The notes beneath the pieces are model-generated. The model was given only the letters and a program-made list of their open reading frames with translations, searched no databases and was not told the DNA's origin. A program made the position numbers and the translations under genes. Source: Deferribacterales bacterium (GTDB lineage Bacteria; Chrysiogenota; Deferribacteres; Deferribacterales; Geovibrionaceae). Taken from it: 64,000 nt of DNA. Of this stretch, positions 38,818-48,477 are shown in pieces; position 1 is the first letter of the stretch; the number at the start of each line of letters is the position of its first letter. The stretch covers positions 288,001 to 352,000 of the forward strand of contig JBFWJS010000001.1 in the NCBI GenBank assembly GCA_050253075.1, read 5' to 3'.

Positions 38818-39762
38818 ATGAAGCTCCTCTTTGTACGCTTCAGCTCCTTCGGAGACGTGATACTCACCACGGGTATAATGAACTATGTCAGCAGGATGAT
38901 CCCCGATGCGGAGATCGACATAATGACATACCGTCAGTATCTCCCCGTGTTTGAGAACCTCCCCTTTGTACATAACGTCATCGACTATGAAAAGTCCAAA
39001 GGGATATCCGAATACTGCTATGTCGTACAGAACGAGACAGAAGACCACGACTATATATTTGACCTGCATAACAAGCTCAGGTCAAAATTCCTTAAATTTC
39101 ACTGCGCTGCGGACTATTTCGTCTATCAGAAGGACTCAAAAGCACGCCGTGCATACGTGAAAAGACGCAAACCCGACGATCGCCTTAACGTACACGTAGT
39201 TCAGAAATACTTTGAACCCGTCATGAAGCCACTCGGGCTGGAAATGCCTGATATAAACGAGCTCCGCCCCGTATTGATACGCCATGTGGAGCGTGACGAG
39301 AAGCGTGTCTTCATACATCCTTTTGCCAGCTTCGCCACAAAGGCATATCCAAAATCTGCCGAGCTCGCCGAGATCCTCTTAGGCAAGGGGTACACACCCG
39401 TATTCGCAGGGATGGGCAAAGCGCCCGATGTGAAAGGCATAGTGGATGAAACGGGCGAAAAGAACCTTTCCGACATGCTGGATATCGTGGCATCATGCGG
39501 ATCGTGTATATCATCCGACTCGGGTCCGATGCACGCTGCCATAGGCCTCGGACTGCCCACAGTGGGCATATTCGGCTCTACGACGAAGCACTTCGGATTT
39601 TACCCCGAGTTTGATAAATGTGCTGTTTTAGAAGATAATTCGCTGGAATGCCGTCCGTGCGATGTGCACGGTCTTAATAAATGCCCGAAAGGCCACTTCA
39701 ACTGCATGAACAACCTGAAGCCTGAATCCGCCGTGGAAATGCTGGAGGGGCTGTTAGGCTAA
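38818..39762 (+). CDS. glycosyltransferase family 9, LPS heptosyltransferase-like
   Basis: MKLLFVRFSSFGDVILTT, SSDSGPMHAA, GIFGST, CRPC. Confidence 0.9.
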   Translation: MKLLFVRFSSFGDVILTTGIMNYVSRMIPDAEIDIMTYRQYLPVFENLPFVHNVIDYEKSKGISEYCYVVQNETEDHDYIFDLHNKLRSKFLKFHCAADYFVYQKDSKARRAYVKRRKPDDRLNVHVVQKYFEPVMKPLGLEMPDINELRPVLIRHVERDEKRVFIHPFASFATKAYPKSAELAEILLGKGYTPVFAGMGKAPDVKGIVDETGEKNLSDMLDIVASCGSCISSDSGPMHAAIGLGLPTVGIFGSTTKHFGFYPEFDKCAVLEDNSLECRPCDVHGLNKCPKGHFNCMNNLKPESAVEMLEGLLG

Positions 39763-40568
39763 CGCCTGTGCCCTCTGATGCTCGAAGGAGGGAAGCCGAA
39801 TCTGGTGCGGAATCTGCCCGCAAACCTCGACGGAGAATCATACCCCACAGCTATAGCTATCTCTGTGATGCTCATATCCGTACACTGAAGCAAATTCATT
39901 GCGCTCACCATGCGCACATCCTGAACTATCCCCGCTATTGTCTCGCCGTTTATTAGCAGTTTCCTGCGGAGGGTCGATTCGCTCATGCCCAGCTCACGGC
40001 AGATGTCTGCGCTGTTCCATTTCCTTGCAATATCCTGCTCTATGACGCTGCGCACACGCACTGATATACCGCTCTCTTTTTTAAACAGGCTGAAGCAGCC
40101 CATCTCTGTCAGCCAGTATAAGAGCTCTGCCATGCGGTGCTTCTTTATGCTTTCGGGGATGTCTGCATCCTCTGTGAAAAGCCTCCAGCATGCATCGAAG
40201 CTCTCTCTGAAATGACTGCCGACATCTTCGGCAACATAGACCACTTCGTCCCCTTCACTGCTCTGTTTCTTTTCATATTCTTTCAGCACATCGTCATGGA
40301 ATGCTATCCATCTGGCACGATAAACGTCGTCTTCGGCAGAGGTGTTCACCGCATCGATGCGTGTATTTCCGCAAAGGACTGCTATCCCCCCTGCATCCGC
40401 CGTAAATTCATGCCCGTGCTCGATGAAGACCTTTGTCCCTTTTTCAACGAGTATCACCACGGGCTGACCGATGAAGAGACCCCGAAGGGTCTCTCCGCAA
40501 TCCTGTATGATGCTGCCCGCTGCTCCGAGCCCGTCTTTCATCCTGATGGTTCTTTGCGTTTCTTTCAT
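39759..40568 (-). CDS. AraC family regulator (YbcM-like)
   Basis: LGMSESTLRRKL, SITEIAIAVGYDSPSRFAGRFRTRFGFPPS. Confidence 0.92.
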   Translation of the reverse strand: MKETQRTIRMKDGLGAAGSIIQDCGETLRGLFIGQPVVILVEKGTKVFIEHGHEFTADAGGIAVLCGNTRIDAVNTSAEDDVYRARWIAFHDDVLKEYEKKQSSEGDEVVYVAEDVGSHFRESFDACWRLFTEDADIPESIKKHRMAELLYWLTEMGCFSLFKKESGISVRVRSVIEQDIARKWNSADICRELGMSESTLRRKLLINGETIAGIVQDVRMVSAMNLLQCTDMSITEIAIAVGYDSPSRFAGRFRTRFGFPPSSIRGHRR

Positions 40569-40578
40569 CTTTTACCGT

Positions 40579-41118
40579 TTAACGTCCGTACATTATGATT
40601 GTCTCTGCGCTGGCTATTGCATTCGCCCTTGTCATAAAGCCGACGAGAGCCGCAGATGAATCCTTCGGCACTTCGAGCTTATTGAGCTTCATGGCGTAAA
40701 GGGTAAAGATGTATCTGTGAGGTTTGTCGCCCACAGGAGGACATGGCCCGCCGTATGCATATGTGCCGTAGTCGTTGCGCATATTCACTGCGCCCTTCGG
40801 CATTGCTCCGCCCTCATTTCCTGCGCCCTCTGCCAGCTTAGATGCATCCGCAGGGATGTTTATCGCCACCCAGTGCCACCAGCCGGAGCCCGTAGGTGCG
40901 TCGGGGTCATAGACATTCAGCACAAAGCTCTTTGTGCCTTCGGGGGCGTTCTGCCACTTTATCATCGGGGATATATTCTCACCCGTACATCCGAAACCGC
41001 CGAAGACGCTCTTTTCCGCAAAGACTCCGCCGACATTATCCACATTTACGGTGAAATCGCCCGCAAATGCAAAAGCGGATGTAATGATCATTATAAAAGC
41101 TAAGATTGATTTTTTCAT
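40579..41118 (-). CDS. YbhB/YbcL family Raf-kinase-inhibitor-like (PEBP) periplasmic protein
   Basis: Signal peptide, GFGCTGENISP, YDPDAPTGSGWWHW, GGPCPP, PHRYIFTLYA. Confidence 0.93.
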   Translation of the reverse strand: MKKSILAFIMIITSAFAFAGDFTVNVDNVGGVFAEKSVFGGFGCTGENISPMIKWQNAPEGTKSFVLNVYDPDAPTGSGWWHWVAINIPADASKLAEGAGNEGGAMPKGAVNMRNDYGTYAYGGPCPPVGDKPHRYIFTLYAMKLNKLEVPKDSSAALVGFMTRANAIASAETIIMYGR

Positions 41119-41197
41119 GTCAGCCTCCTTGTATGAATAATAGGCTGAAAAAGATATAATTACCGCTCTGTTTCGGTCAGATTATGTGCCGATCCTT

Positions 41198-42523
41198 TCA
41201 AAACATGAATGAGCTGTCTGCCTCATAGGCATGGAGCAGTCCGGATGACTCGAACTGAGGGATTATCACTATGTACAGGTCATTGATGTTCGTCCCTGTT
41301 TTCCCCGTAAAGATGAGGCTGTTGTTCCTGTCGAAAAAGTTATAGGCGTCGTTGGTGAGGATGGCCTCCTCTGCGCCTTCAAGGCTGAGCGATCCGTCTG
41401 CGAATGCACCTGCTGCGTCTGTGTCGCCGTCCTGTCCGTCTGTGGATGCACACAGAGCAAATGTGTCCGAAGGCTTGTCCAAAAGGAGATATTCCAGAGC
41501 CAGCTGCTGACACCTGCCCCCTTTTCCGTCGCCTGTCACATGCACGGTGACCTCTCCGCCGAATATCATGCACACGGGCACGTCTGATGCATTTATGAGG
41601 TTTTCCGCTGCACGGGCAGCTATAAGCTCCGCCGCAGCCCTCGCCGTACAGTCGAGCTGACCGTACATCCGCACCTTATACCCGAGCAGATGCGCAGTGT
41701 CCGCCGCACGCTCCAGCCCGCCGAGGTTCGATGCCAGTATGTGATATCTATATTGTGATCTGTCCTTTTTCACTGTTTCGGGGAGCAGTCCCGCCTCGCC
41801 GTTTCGGATGACCTCTGCCACTCTTTCAGGCAGTTTTCTGAAGAGGTTATACCTCTCGATGACTTCCGCCGTGTCTGCCCATGTGGTGTGGTCTGTGAAT
41901 GTCGGACCGGAGGCGATGGTCTCGGGCGAGCCCGCTACAACATCTGATATGGCGAGCGTGACGCACATGGCGGGGGCAGCCATCTCTGCCAGCTTTCCGC
42001 CCTTTATCTCTGAAATGTGCCTGCGCACAATGTTTATATCCTCAATATCCGCACCCGACCTGATGAGCAGGTCGAATGTCTTTATATGCTCCTCAAGGGT
42101 GATGCCGAATGCGGGCGCACTCAGCATTGCCGACCCGCCGCCTGAAACGAGGAAGACGCATAAAGTGTCTTCGTCCGCCTCTGCTGCTAGCTTCTTCATG
42201 GCGTTTGCACCCTCCACACTCCCCTGATCGGGGAGGGGGTGTCCAGCCTTTATCACTTCTATATGGTCGGGGAATTTTTCCACTTTATTCGACACCACGA
42301 CACCCTTCGCCACGTCGCAAACAGACATAAAGCCCTTTGCCATGGCGGATGCCGCCTTCCCCAGAGCAAACATATATATCTTTCGCAGGTCACACAGATA
42401 TTCGGAATCTATCATGATGCATTTACCGTCGTTCATGACGGCATTACGCACTAGATGCTCCGCATCGGCATATTCCACGGCAGACATAAATATTCGTTCC
42501 AGATCGGCTCGGTAGTCTTTCAT
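41198..42523 (-). CDS. glycerate kinase type 2 (MOFRL/TtuD family)
   Basis: LGKAASAMA, AGHPLPD, SGGGSA, IKGG, SDV, IASGPT, GGEVTV, GGRCQ, TDGQDG, TGTNINDL; ATGA overlap with the TPR gene. Confidence 0.9.
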   Translation of the reverse strand: MKDYRADLERIFMSAVEYADAEHLVRNAVMNDGKCIMIDSEYLCDLRKIYMFALGKAASAMAKGFMSVCDVAKGVVVSNKVEKFPDHIEVIKAGHPLPDQGSVEGANAMKKLAAEADEDTLCVFLVSGGGSAMLSAPAFGITLEEHIKTFDLLIRSGADIEDINIVRRHISEIKGGKLAEMAAPAMCVTLAISDVVAGSPETIASGPTFTDHTTWADTAEVIERYNLFRKLPERVAEVIRNGEAGLLPETVKKDRSQYRYHILASNLGGLERAADTAHLLGYKVRMYGQLDCTARAAAELIAARAAENLINASDVPVCMIFGGEVTVHVTGDGKGGRCQQLALEYLLLDKPSDTFALCASTDGQDGDTDAAGAFADGSLSLEGAEEAILTNDAYNFFDRNNSLIFTGKTGTNINDLYIVIIPQFESSGLLHAYEADSSFMF

Positions 42524-43185
42524 CTCCCGGTCTTTCTCCTGAGTTTCAGCAGGTTTTCCATGTTGTCTTCCACCATCTTCAGACTGCATATCTCGTATGC
42601 CGCCTGAAAGTATTTCTCCGCATTTGCATAGTTCATGCGGACATTCATGGCGATGACGCCCAGATTATTATAAGCGAGGAAGTTCGAAGGGTCTTTCTCA
42701 ACCCCCTGCATGTAAAGCTCCTCTGCCTTGTCGTACTTCTTTTCAGACATTAGTTTATCCGCCTCGGCGAATATCTTCGCAGCGGAGAGTGCCTCCACAT
42801 AGCTCTTGTCGCTGGCACAGATGCCCATCTTCCTCTCCATCAGGTTTTTGTCTATGTCAGACAGCGCCTTTTCTTTGGAGAGTTTGAAGTATTTATATGC
42901 ATTCTCTCTGTCTTTCATATGCCAGTATATATCTGACAGAGCACGGGTTATCTCGTATCTGTCCCCTGCGTTCTGACGCTCTTTCAGCACGTATTTGAGT
43001 GCTTCGGGGTAGTTCTCCATGGCGAAGTTCACCATGCCGAGGTTATAGTTTATGCCGTCTCTATTGGGATCAAGTGCGATGATTTTGCGGAAGTATCTGT
43101 CCGCTTTGGCGAATTTAGCCAGAGTATAGCTTTGGAATGCTACACGTTCATAGGTTTGTATCAGGAATTTATTTATTATATTCAT
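42520..43185 (-). CDS. tetratricopeptide repeat protein
   Basis: Repeated TPR helices (YNLGMV, AYNNLGVI, NAEKYFQAA). Confidence 0.88.
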   Translation of the reverse strand: MNIINKFLIQTYERVAFQSYTLAKFAKADRYFRKIIALDPNRDGINYNLGMVNFAMENYPEALKYVLKERQNAGDRYEITRALSDIYWHMKDRENAYKYFKLSKEKALSDIDKNLMERKMGICASDKSYVEALSAAKIFAEADKLMSEKKYDKAEELYMQGVEKDPSNFLAYNNLGVIAMNVRMNYANAEKYFQAAYEICSLKMVEDNMENLLKLRRKTGR

Positions 43186-43229
43186 ACAGATAAATTACCC
43201 TCTAAAGACCTCTTGGTCAAATGATTTAC

Positions 43230-43814
43230 CTATACTAAGGTACACCCTGAGAGGAATCTGTCCACCGCATAATTACAATGAGAGGAAATATCCTCCTCCG
43301 AAGGCGAAGGCTTAACACCCAGAAGCACATCCCACCTTATGCTCAGGAGCATAGAGCTGAACATGGACGCATCCTTCACGGGGTCTGACGTCACTATCTT
43401 TTTAGAGAGGAAATCCGCCAGATTCATACGGCGCACTTCGGGGGCAGCTTTAAAGAATATATTGCCGAGACCGCTCTCTTTGTCTGATTCGGATATGATG
43501 AGGCGGTAGAAGCCGAGGCGTTCGGGCTTCATGTGTTCGCTGAGGAAAAATATCGAATAGCCGAGCAGATCGTCCCGCACGCTCTTACCGCCGAAGACGT
43601 ATTCCTTCCCTTTCGGCGAGGCGTAGTGAAGCACCTCACGGAAGAGCTCCTCTTTGGATGGATAATAGCGGTATACCGTCTGTTTTGTGACGCCCGCTTC
43701 CTCTGCCACGCTGTCCATGCTGGATGCCCTGTAGCCCTTTTCCAGAAAAAGTTTTTCCGCTGCGGCAAGTATCAGGCGCTGTTTTTCCATATATTTTTCA
43801 ACTGCTTTACTCAT
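43230..43814 (-). CDS. TetR/AcrR family regulator
   Basis: AAEKLFLEKGY...VAEEAGVTKQTVYRYYPSKEELF. Confidence 0.94.
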   Translation of the reverse strand: MSKAVEKYMEKQRLILAAAEKLFLEKGYRASSMDSVAEEAGVTKQTVYRYYPSKEELFREVLHYASPKGKEYVFGGKSVRDDLLGYSIFFLSEHMKPERLGFYRLIISESDKESGLGNIFFKAAPEVRRMNLADFLSKKIVTSDPVKDASMFSSMLLSIRWDVLLGVKPSPSEEDISSHCNYAVDRFLSGCTLV

Positions 43815-43836
43815 AAAACAAATCTAACCCTTGCAA

Positions 43837-43880
43837 ATCATACTGTCAAGTATTATATAATCATACTATAAAGTATGATT
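43837..43880. promoter_or_regulatory. two tandem TetR operator palindromes
   Basis: ATCATACT-GTCA-AGTATTAT (43837-56) and AATCATACT-ATAA-AGTATGATT (43859-80), between divergent tetR and DMT genes. Confidence 0.8.
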
Positions 43881-43893
43881 TCTGAGGTTAAAC

Positions 43894-44757
43894 ATGAAAA
43901 ATCTTTCCACAAAAACACAGGGGCTCCTGATTGTCACATTCGGAACACTCCTTATGAGTCTCGATCCCCTTTTCATAAGGCTCTCCGGCGTAGGCTCGTG
44001 GGAGACCGCATTCCTATTCGGATTCTTCACCTTTTTATCCATGACTATCATCACCCACTTTAAGGGCGAAGGGGTCGTAAAGGCCGTGAAAGGGGGCGGA
44101 TGGATAATATTTCTCTCTGCGCTGATAATGGGCGGGAGCGGTACATCTATAGTCTTCTCCGTAAAGCATACTTATGTGGCGAACACTATGATGATAATGA
44201 GCACCGCACCGATACTCTCCGCCATACTCAGCCTCATATTTCTGAAGGAAAAGACACCTCTGCGCAACTGGGCAGCAGCACTGATATCTGTCGGAGCTAT
44301 ATATATCATCTCGAGGAATTCACTGGGCAGGGCAAACATGTTCGGGGATTCCATGGCTGTGCTGGGCACATTCTTTGTATCTTCAAACTACGTTCTTTGG
44401 CGTAAATATAAAGCTATCAGCAGGACAATGGTGATAGCCCTCGGCGGACTTGCCATTGCGGGCATCAGCTTCTTCATGACGGATCTTTCCTCCCTGACTT
44501 ACAACTCAGTCATAGTCATGATGCTGATGGGCCTCCTTACTGCCCCCATCGGCAGGGTTATGCTCGCACTCTCCGCCAGGTATATATCCGCCACGGAGAT
44601 AAGCCTCTTTTCCCCCCCTAGGTCGCTTCTGGCAACTGTTTTCATATGGATGGCGTATTCCGAGACACCACCCGCAGACACATTCATCGGCGGGGGCGTA
44701 ATAATCGTCACTCTGCTGATACTCTTTTATCTGACGCTGAGGCAGGAATCTGCCTGA
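43894..44757 (+). CDS. DMT/EamA family transporter
   Basis: About 10 TM helices, LIFLKEK and YSETPP repeat ends; GAGG SD. Confidence 0.87.
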   Translation: MKNLSTKTQGLLIVTFGTLLMSLDPLFIRLSGVGSWETAFLFGFFTFLSMTIITHFKGEGVVKAVKGGGWIIFLSALIMGGSGTSIVFSVKHTYVANTMMIMSTAPILSAILSLIFLKEKTPLRNWAAALISVGAIYIISRNSLGRANMFGDSMAVLGTFFVSSNYVLWRKYKAISRTMVIALGGLAIAGISFFMTDLSSLTYNSVIVMMLMGLLTAPIGRVMLALSARYISATEISLFSPPRSLLATVFIWMAYSETPPADTFIGGGVIIVTLLILFYLTLRQESA

Positions 44758-44896
44758 GTAAATGAATTGACACATAGTTGTATCCATTATATAACCCTGC
44801 TAGCGTAACATTCCCATATGTTTGGCGTGTCATTCCGAGCTTTTCGGAGGGGCAAATTACGTGATTAACAATTTTATATAATATAGAGGTACACCT

Positions 44897-46801
44897 ATGG
44901 CTTTCGACGGCAAATTCACAGCACAGGACAAGCAGGAGCTCGAAGCTCGCGCTAAGGCATGCAGAGGCGATATATTAAAATGCACGACACTGGCGGCAAG
45001 CGGTCACCCGGGCGGGTCTATGTCCACCCTCGACATGCTGCTCACAGTATATAAATTTGCAAACATAAACCCTGAGAACTGGGGCTCTACCACCAGAGAC
45101 CGCATATATGTTTCCCACGGTCACATATCACCTGCAGTATATTCCGTACTCGGTCGTAACGGCTTCTTCGACGTGGATACAGCCATCGGCGAATTCCGCC
45201 TCGCAGGGAGCATCTACGAAGGACACATCGAGCGCATGGTAAAGGGCGTGGAGTGGACAACAGGAAACCTCGGACAGGGACTCTCTGCTGCATGCGGTGC
45301 AGCCATCGCAGGAAAGATACGTGATGAGGAATTCGACGTTTACTGCTTTATGGGCGACGGCGAATCTCAGAAAGGACAGCAGGCGGAAGCACGCAGATTC
45401 GCTGCTCAGCACGACCTTACAAACATCACTGCTTTCATCGACTACAACAAGCTCCAGATATCAGGAAGCATCGAAGAAGTGATGTATCAGAACATAAAAG
45501 ATGACTACACGGCAGACGGCTGGCATGTCATCAGCGTAGACGGACACGACTTTGAAAAGCTCTACGGAGCTGTTGCATATGCCAAGACAGTCGATCAGCC
45601 TGTTCTTATCCTCGCTGACACTGTAATGGGCAAGGGCGTATCCTTCATGGAGAACATCCACGGATACCACGGCAAGCCTCTCACAGAAGAACAGCTCGCC
45701 GATGCACTTAAAGAACTCGGACTCGCGTATGACCTTGATAAATACAAAGAGATCAGAAAGAATTTCGTATACAACCCTTCACACCACGAGCTTGAATCCC
45801 CTGAAGTAGTAGTAAAATACGCTGATAAGGAATACGGACTGGATGTTAAGACAGACTGCCGTTCCGCCTTCGGCGATGCTATATACGAGCTGGTTAAAAA
45901 CTCTCAGGAAGACGGCATGACACCTTTCGCCGTTTTCGACTGCGACCTCGCAGGCTCTGTTAAAACTGACAAGGTTGAAAAGGAATACCCCGTAAACTTC
46001 GTACAGTCAGGTATTCAGGAACACCACACGGCGACAGCAGCAGGTGCTGCAAGCTGTAACGGCGTTGTTGCATTCTTCGCAGACTTCGGCGTTTTCGGAG
46101 TGGACGAGGTATACAACCAGCAGCGTCTTAACGACCTCAACGGCGCAGGTATCAAAACTGTGACAACACACGTCGGTATCGATGTCGGCGAAGACGGTAA
46201 AACTCACCAGTGCCTCGACTATGTCGGCGCTATGCGAAACATCTTCGGATACAGAGTTATCGTTCCCGCAGACCCGAACCAGACATATAAAGCAGTGTGC
46301 TACGCTGCCGAGAACCCCGGCAACTTCCTCGTTGCTATGGGACGCTCAAAGATGAACACCATAGCCGATATAACAGGCTCTAAGCCTGCTTTCGGCTCTG
46401 ACTATACATTCGAATACGGAAAGGTGGATGTGCTGACAGAGGGCGATTTCGCCATCGCTACATACGGCAGCATGACAAACAGAGCTATCAAAGTTGCCGA
46501 GCTTCTTAAAGAGGCCGGACTTAATGCAGCAGTTCTGAACTGCTCTGCTCCGCTCCACCCTGATATGGATGCATTCGATGCATACACAGACAAGCCTGTA
46601 TTCGTATACGAAGACCACAACGAATTCACAGGTCTGGCAGCTACTCTGGCGAACAAGTTCGCAGACGAAGGCACAGGCACAAAGATAGTACGCTTCGGTG
46701 CTAAAGGTTATGCTTATTCAGGAAAGCCTGAGGACATCTTCAAGATGCTCGGTCTCGACCCTGAATCCGTAGCAGAAGCTATCAAGGCTGAGCTTGCATG
46801 A
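44897..46801 (+). CDS. tkt: transketolase
   Basis: SGHPGGSMS, SHGH, TGNLGQG, MGDGE TPP motif, GYHG, GIQEH, VGEDGKTHQ. Confidence 0.94.
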   Translation: MAFDGKFTAQDKQELEARAKACRGDILKCTTLAASGHPGGSMSTLDMLLTVYKFANINPENWGSTTRDRIYVSHGHISPAVYSVLGRNGFFDVDTAIGEFRLAGSIYEGHIERMVKGVEWTTGNLGQGLSAACGAAIAGKIRDEEFDVYCFMGDGESQKGQQAEARRFAAQHDLTNITAFIDYNKLQISGSIEEVMYQNIKDDYTADGWHVISVDGHDFEKLYGAVAYAKTVDQPVLILADTVMGKGVSFMENIHGYHGKPLTEEQLADALKELGLAYDLDKYKEIRKNFVYNPSHHELESPEVVVKYADKEYGLDVKTDCRSAFGDAIYELVKNSQEDGMTPFAVFDCDLAGSVKTDKVEKEYPVNFVQSGIQEHHTATAAGAASCNGVVAFFADFGVFGVDEVYNQQRLNDLNGAGIKTVTTHVGIDVGEDGKTHQCLDYVGAMRNIFGYRVIVPADPNQTYKAVCYAAENPGNFLVAMGRSKMNTIADITGSKPAFGSDYTFEYGKVDVLTEGDFAIATYGSMTNRAIKVAELLKEAGLNAAVLNCSAPLHPDMDAFDAYTDKPVFVYEDHNEFTGLAATLANKFADEGTGTKIVRFGAKGYAYSGKPEDIFKMLGLDPESVAEAIKAELA

Positions 46802-47475
46802 TAATACACGGCAGAAACACAGTAGAGGAAGCACTGAAACTGGGGCTCGTAAAGATGCTCTTTGTAAAAGTGAATTCCACATTCGAATACTCCAAGTATG
46901 ACGTGGAGACACGCACATACGGCACAAAAGAGTTCGAACACTACTACGGCAAAGAGGCGCAGGGCGTCGCAGCCGAGATAAGAGATATATTGCCTAAGAA
47001 GTTCGACAAGGCGTTCGAAGAGATGGTGGAGCTCGGCTCCGTCGTACTCCTCGACAGGATATTCGACCCGATGAACTACGGTGCGATCATTCGTGCTGCG
47101 AACTGTTTCGGCATAAAAAATATTCTGGTAGGGCTCGACAAACAGGCTCCTATCACACCAGCAGTGTGCAAGGCTTCCAGCGGAACTATATTCCACACAA
47201 ACATAGTGGGTGCGGTAAACACCGCAACAGCTCTTAAAAAATTCATCGACAACGGATACAAGGCTTACGCTGCGGACGTACACGGTGCTATCGAGCTGAA
47301 AGAAGCGAAATTCGCAGAAAAATCCGTGATAATCATGGGCTCCGAGGGGAAAGGCATACGCCCTGCCCTGCTGGAGATATCTGATGTACACATCAAGATT
47401 CCTATGAGCGGAGACATCGACTCTCTGAACGTTTCTCAGAGTGCCGCTGTGATATTATATGAATATTCGAATTAA
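46798..47475 (+). CDS. TrmH/SpoU family RNA methyltransferase (RlmB-like)
   Basis: IHGRNTV, DPMNYGAIIR, MGSEGKG, IPMSGDIDSLNVS. Confidence 0.9.
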   Translation: MIIHGRNTVEEALKLGLVKMLFVKVNSTFEYSKYDVETRTYGTKEFEHYYGKEAQGVAAEIRDILPKKFDKAFEEMVELGSVVLLDRIFDPMNYGAIIRAANCFGIKNILVGLDKQAPITPAVCKASSGTIFHTNIVGAVNTATALKKFIDNGYKAYAADVHGAIELKEAKFAEKSVIIMGSEGKGIRPALLEISDVHIKIPMSGDIDSLNVSQSAAVILYEYSN

Positions 47476-47546
47476 GACTATTTGAGGATTTTTTTCGAAA
47501 GTAGTTGACAGGCTAACGCCTTTTTTATATTTTACGAGCAATCTTA

Positions 47547-47957
47547 ATGCAGATAAGGATAATAATGGCTTCCAAACTTAAGGAAGCAGAGGTCAAAAGC
47601 CTCACCGAAAGATACGTTAAGATGTCCTCAGGATTCATGCCTGTAGAGGTTATCGAAGACACGGGGAAGAAGAAGCGCACTGAGCATAAGGGGCTTCTGG
47701 TGGGAATGGACCCGAAGGGGAAACGTTTCACCAGCGAAGCATTTGCCGAGTGGCTCGGGAAGCGGATCGAAACATACGGCGATGTCACATTCTATATAGG
47801 CGAGGCGGAAGGCCTGCCCGAGGATGTACGAGCCGAGGCGAAAGAGTTTATCTCTCTCTCCGACATGGTTATGGCGCACAGGATCAGCCTTATTGTTTTG
47901 GCTGAGCAGATATACAGGGCATTGACCATCTTAAACGGTCACCCCTATCACAAGTAG
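47547..47957 (+). CDS. rlmH: 23S rRNA (pseudouridine1915-N3)-methyltransferase
   Basis: GKRFTSEAFA, FYIGEAEG, ISLS..MAH, EQIYRA.TILNGHPYHK. Confidence 0.92.
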   Translation: MQIRIIMASKLKEAEVKSLTERYVKMSSGFMPVEVIEDTGKKKRTEHKGLLVGMDPKGKRFTSEAFAEWLGKRIETYGDVTFYIGEAEGLPEDVRAEAKEFISLSDMVMAHRISLIVLAEQIYRALTILNGHPYHK

Positions 47958-47997
47958 AGGATGCCGCTTGGTCAAGGCGTCCTATAAGGAGGGTGGT

Positions 47998-48360
47998 ATG
48001 GATAAAGACAAACTCAAATACCACAGAGACAAACTTCTCGAGATGAGACGCTCTCTTATCGAGAAACTGAACGAAAAATACAACGAGGCTATGGGACTTG
48101 GAGCCGATGGTTCGCAGGATAGCGCCGATGAAGCGTATAACCTGTATAACAAGAACCTCATGCTCGGCCGCGTTGAGACAGATGCTCTCAAGCTCAGGCT
48201 GGTGGAGCAGGCTCTTCAGCGTATCGACTCCGGCACTTACGGCATATGCATAGAGTGCGAAGAGGACATAGAGGACAAGCGCCTCGAGTATGTTCCTTTC
48301 GCCAGATACTGCACCGACTGCAAATCTGAGCTCGAGAAAAAAGGTCTTATAAAGATGTAA
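47998..48360 (+). CDS. dksA: DksA/TraR C4 zinc-finger protein
   Basis: DSADEA coiled-coil tip, GTYGICIEC...RLEYVPFARYCTDC; AGGAGG SD before ATG 47998. Confidence 0.88.
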   Translation: MDKDKLKYHRDKLLEMRRSLIEKLNEKYNEAMGLGADGSQDSADEAYNLYNKNLMLGRVETDALKLRLVEQALQRIDSGTYGICIECEEDIEDKRLEYVPFARYCTDCKSELEKKGLIKM

Positions 48361-48364
48361 TTAT

Positions 48365-48394
48365 AAAGCCGGCGTTTTTGCGTCGGCTTTTTTT
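48365..48394 (+). terminator. rho-independent terminator after dksA
   Basis: AAAGCCGGCG...CGTCGGCTTT stem followed by T tract. Confidence 0.8.
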
Positions 48395-48477
48395 GTATCT
48401 GCTGCCGAATTTTAAGCACTTGCCAGAAAGCACATCCGTGACTAGAATATTCCTATCAACAACAATACAGGTGACAC

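Noticed and set aside
44790..44896. Riboswitch (e.g. TPP) in the tkt leader
   Set aside because: Only a short TCCGA/TCGGA hairpin; no CTGAGA or other aptamer core recognised
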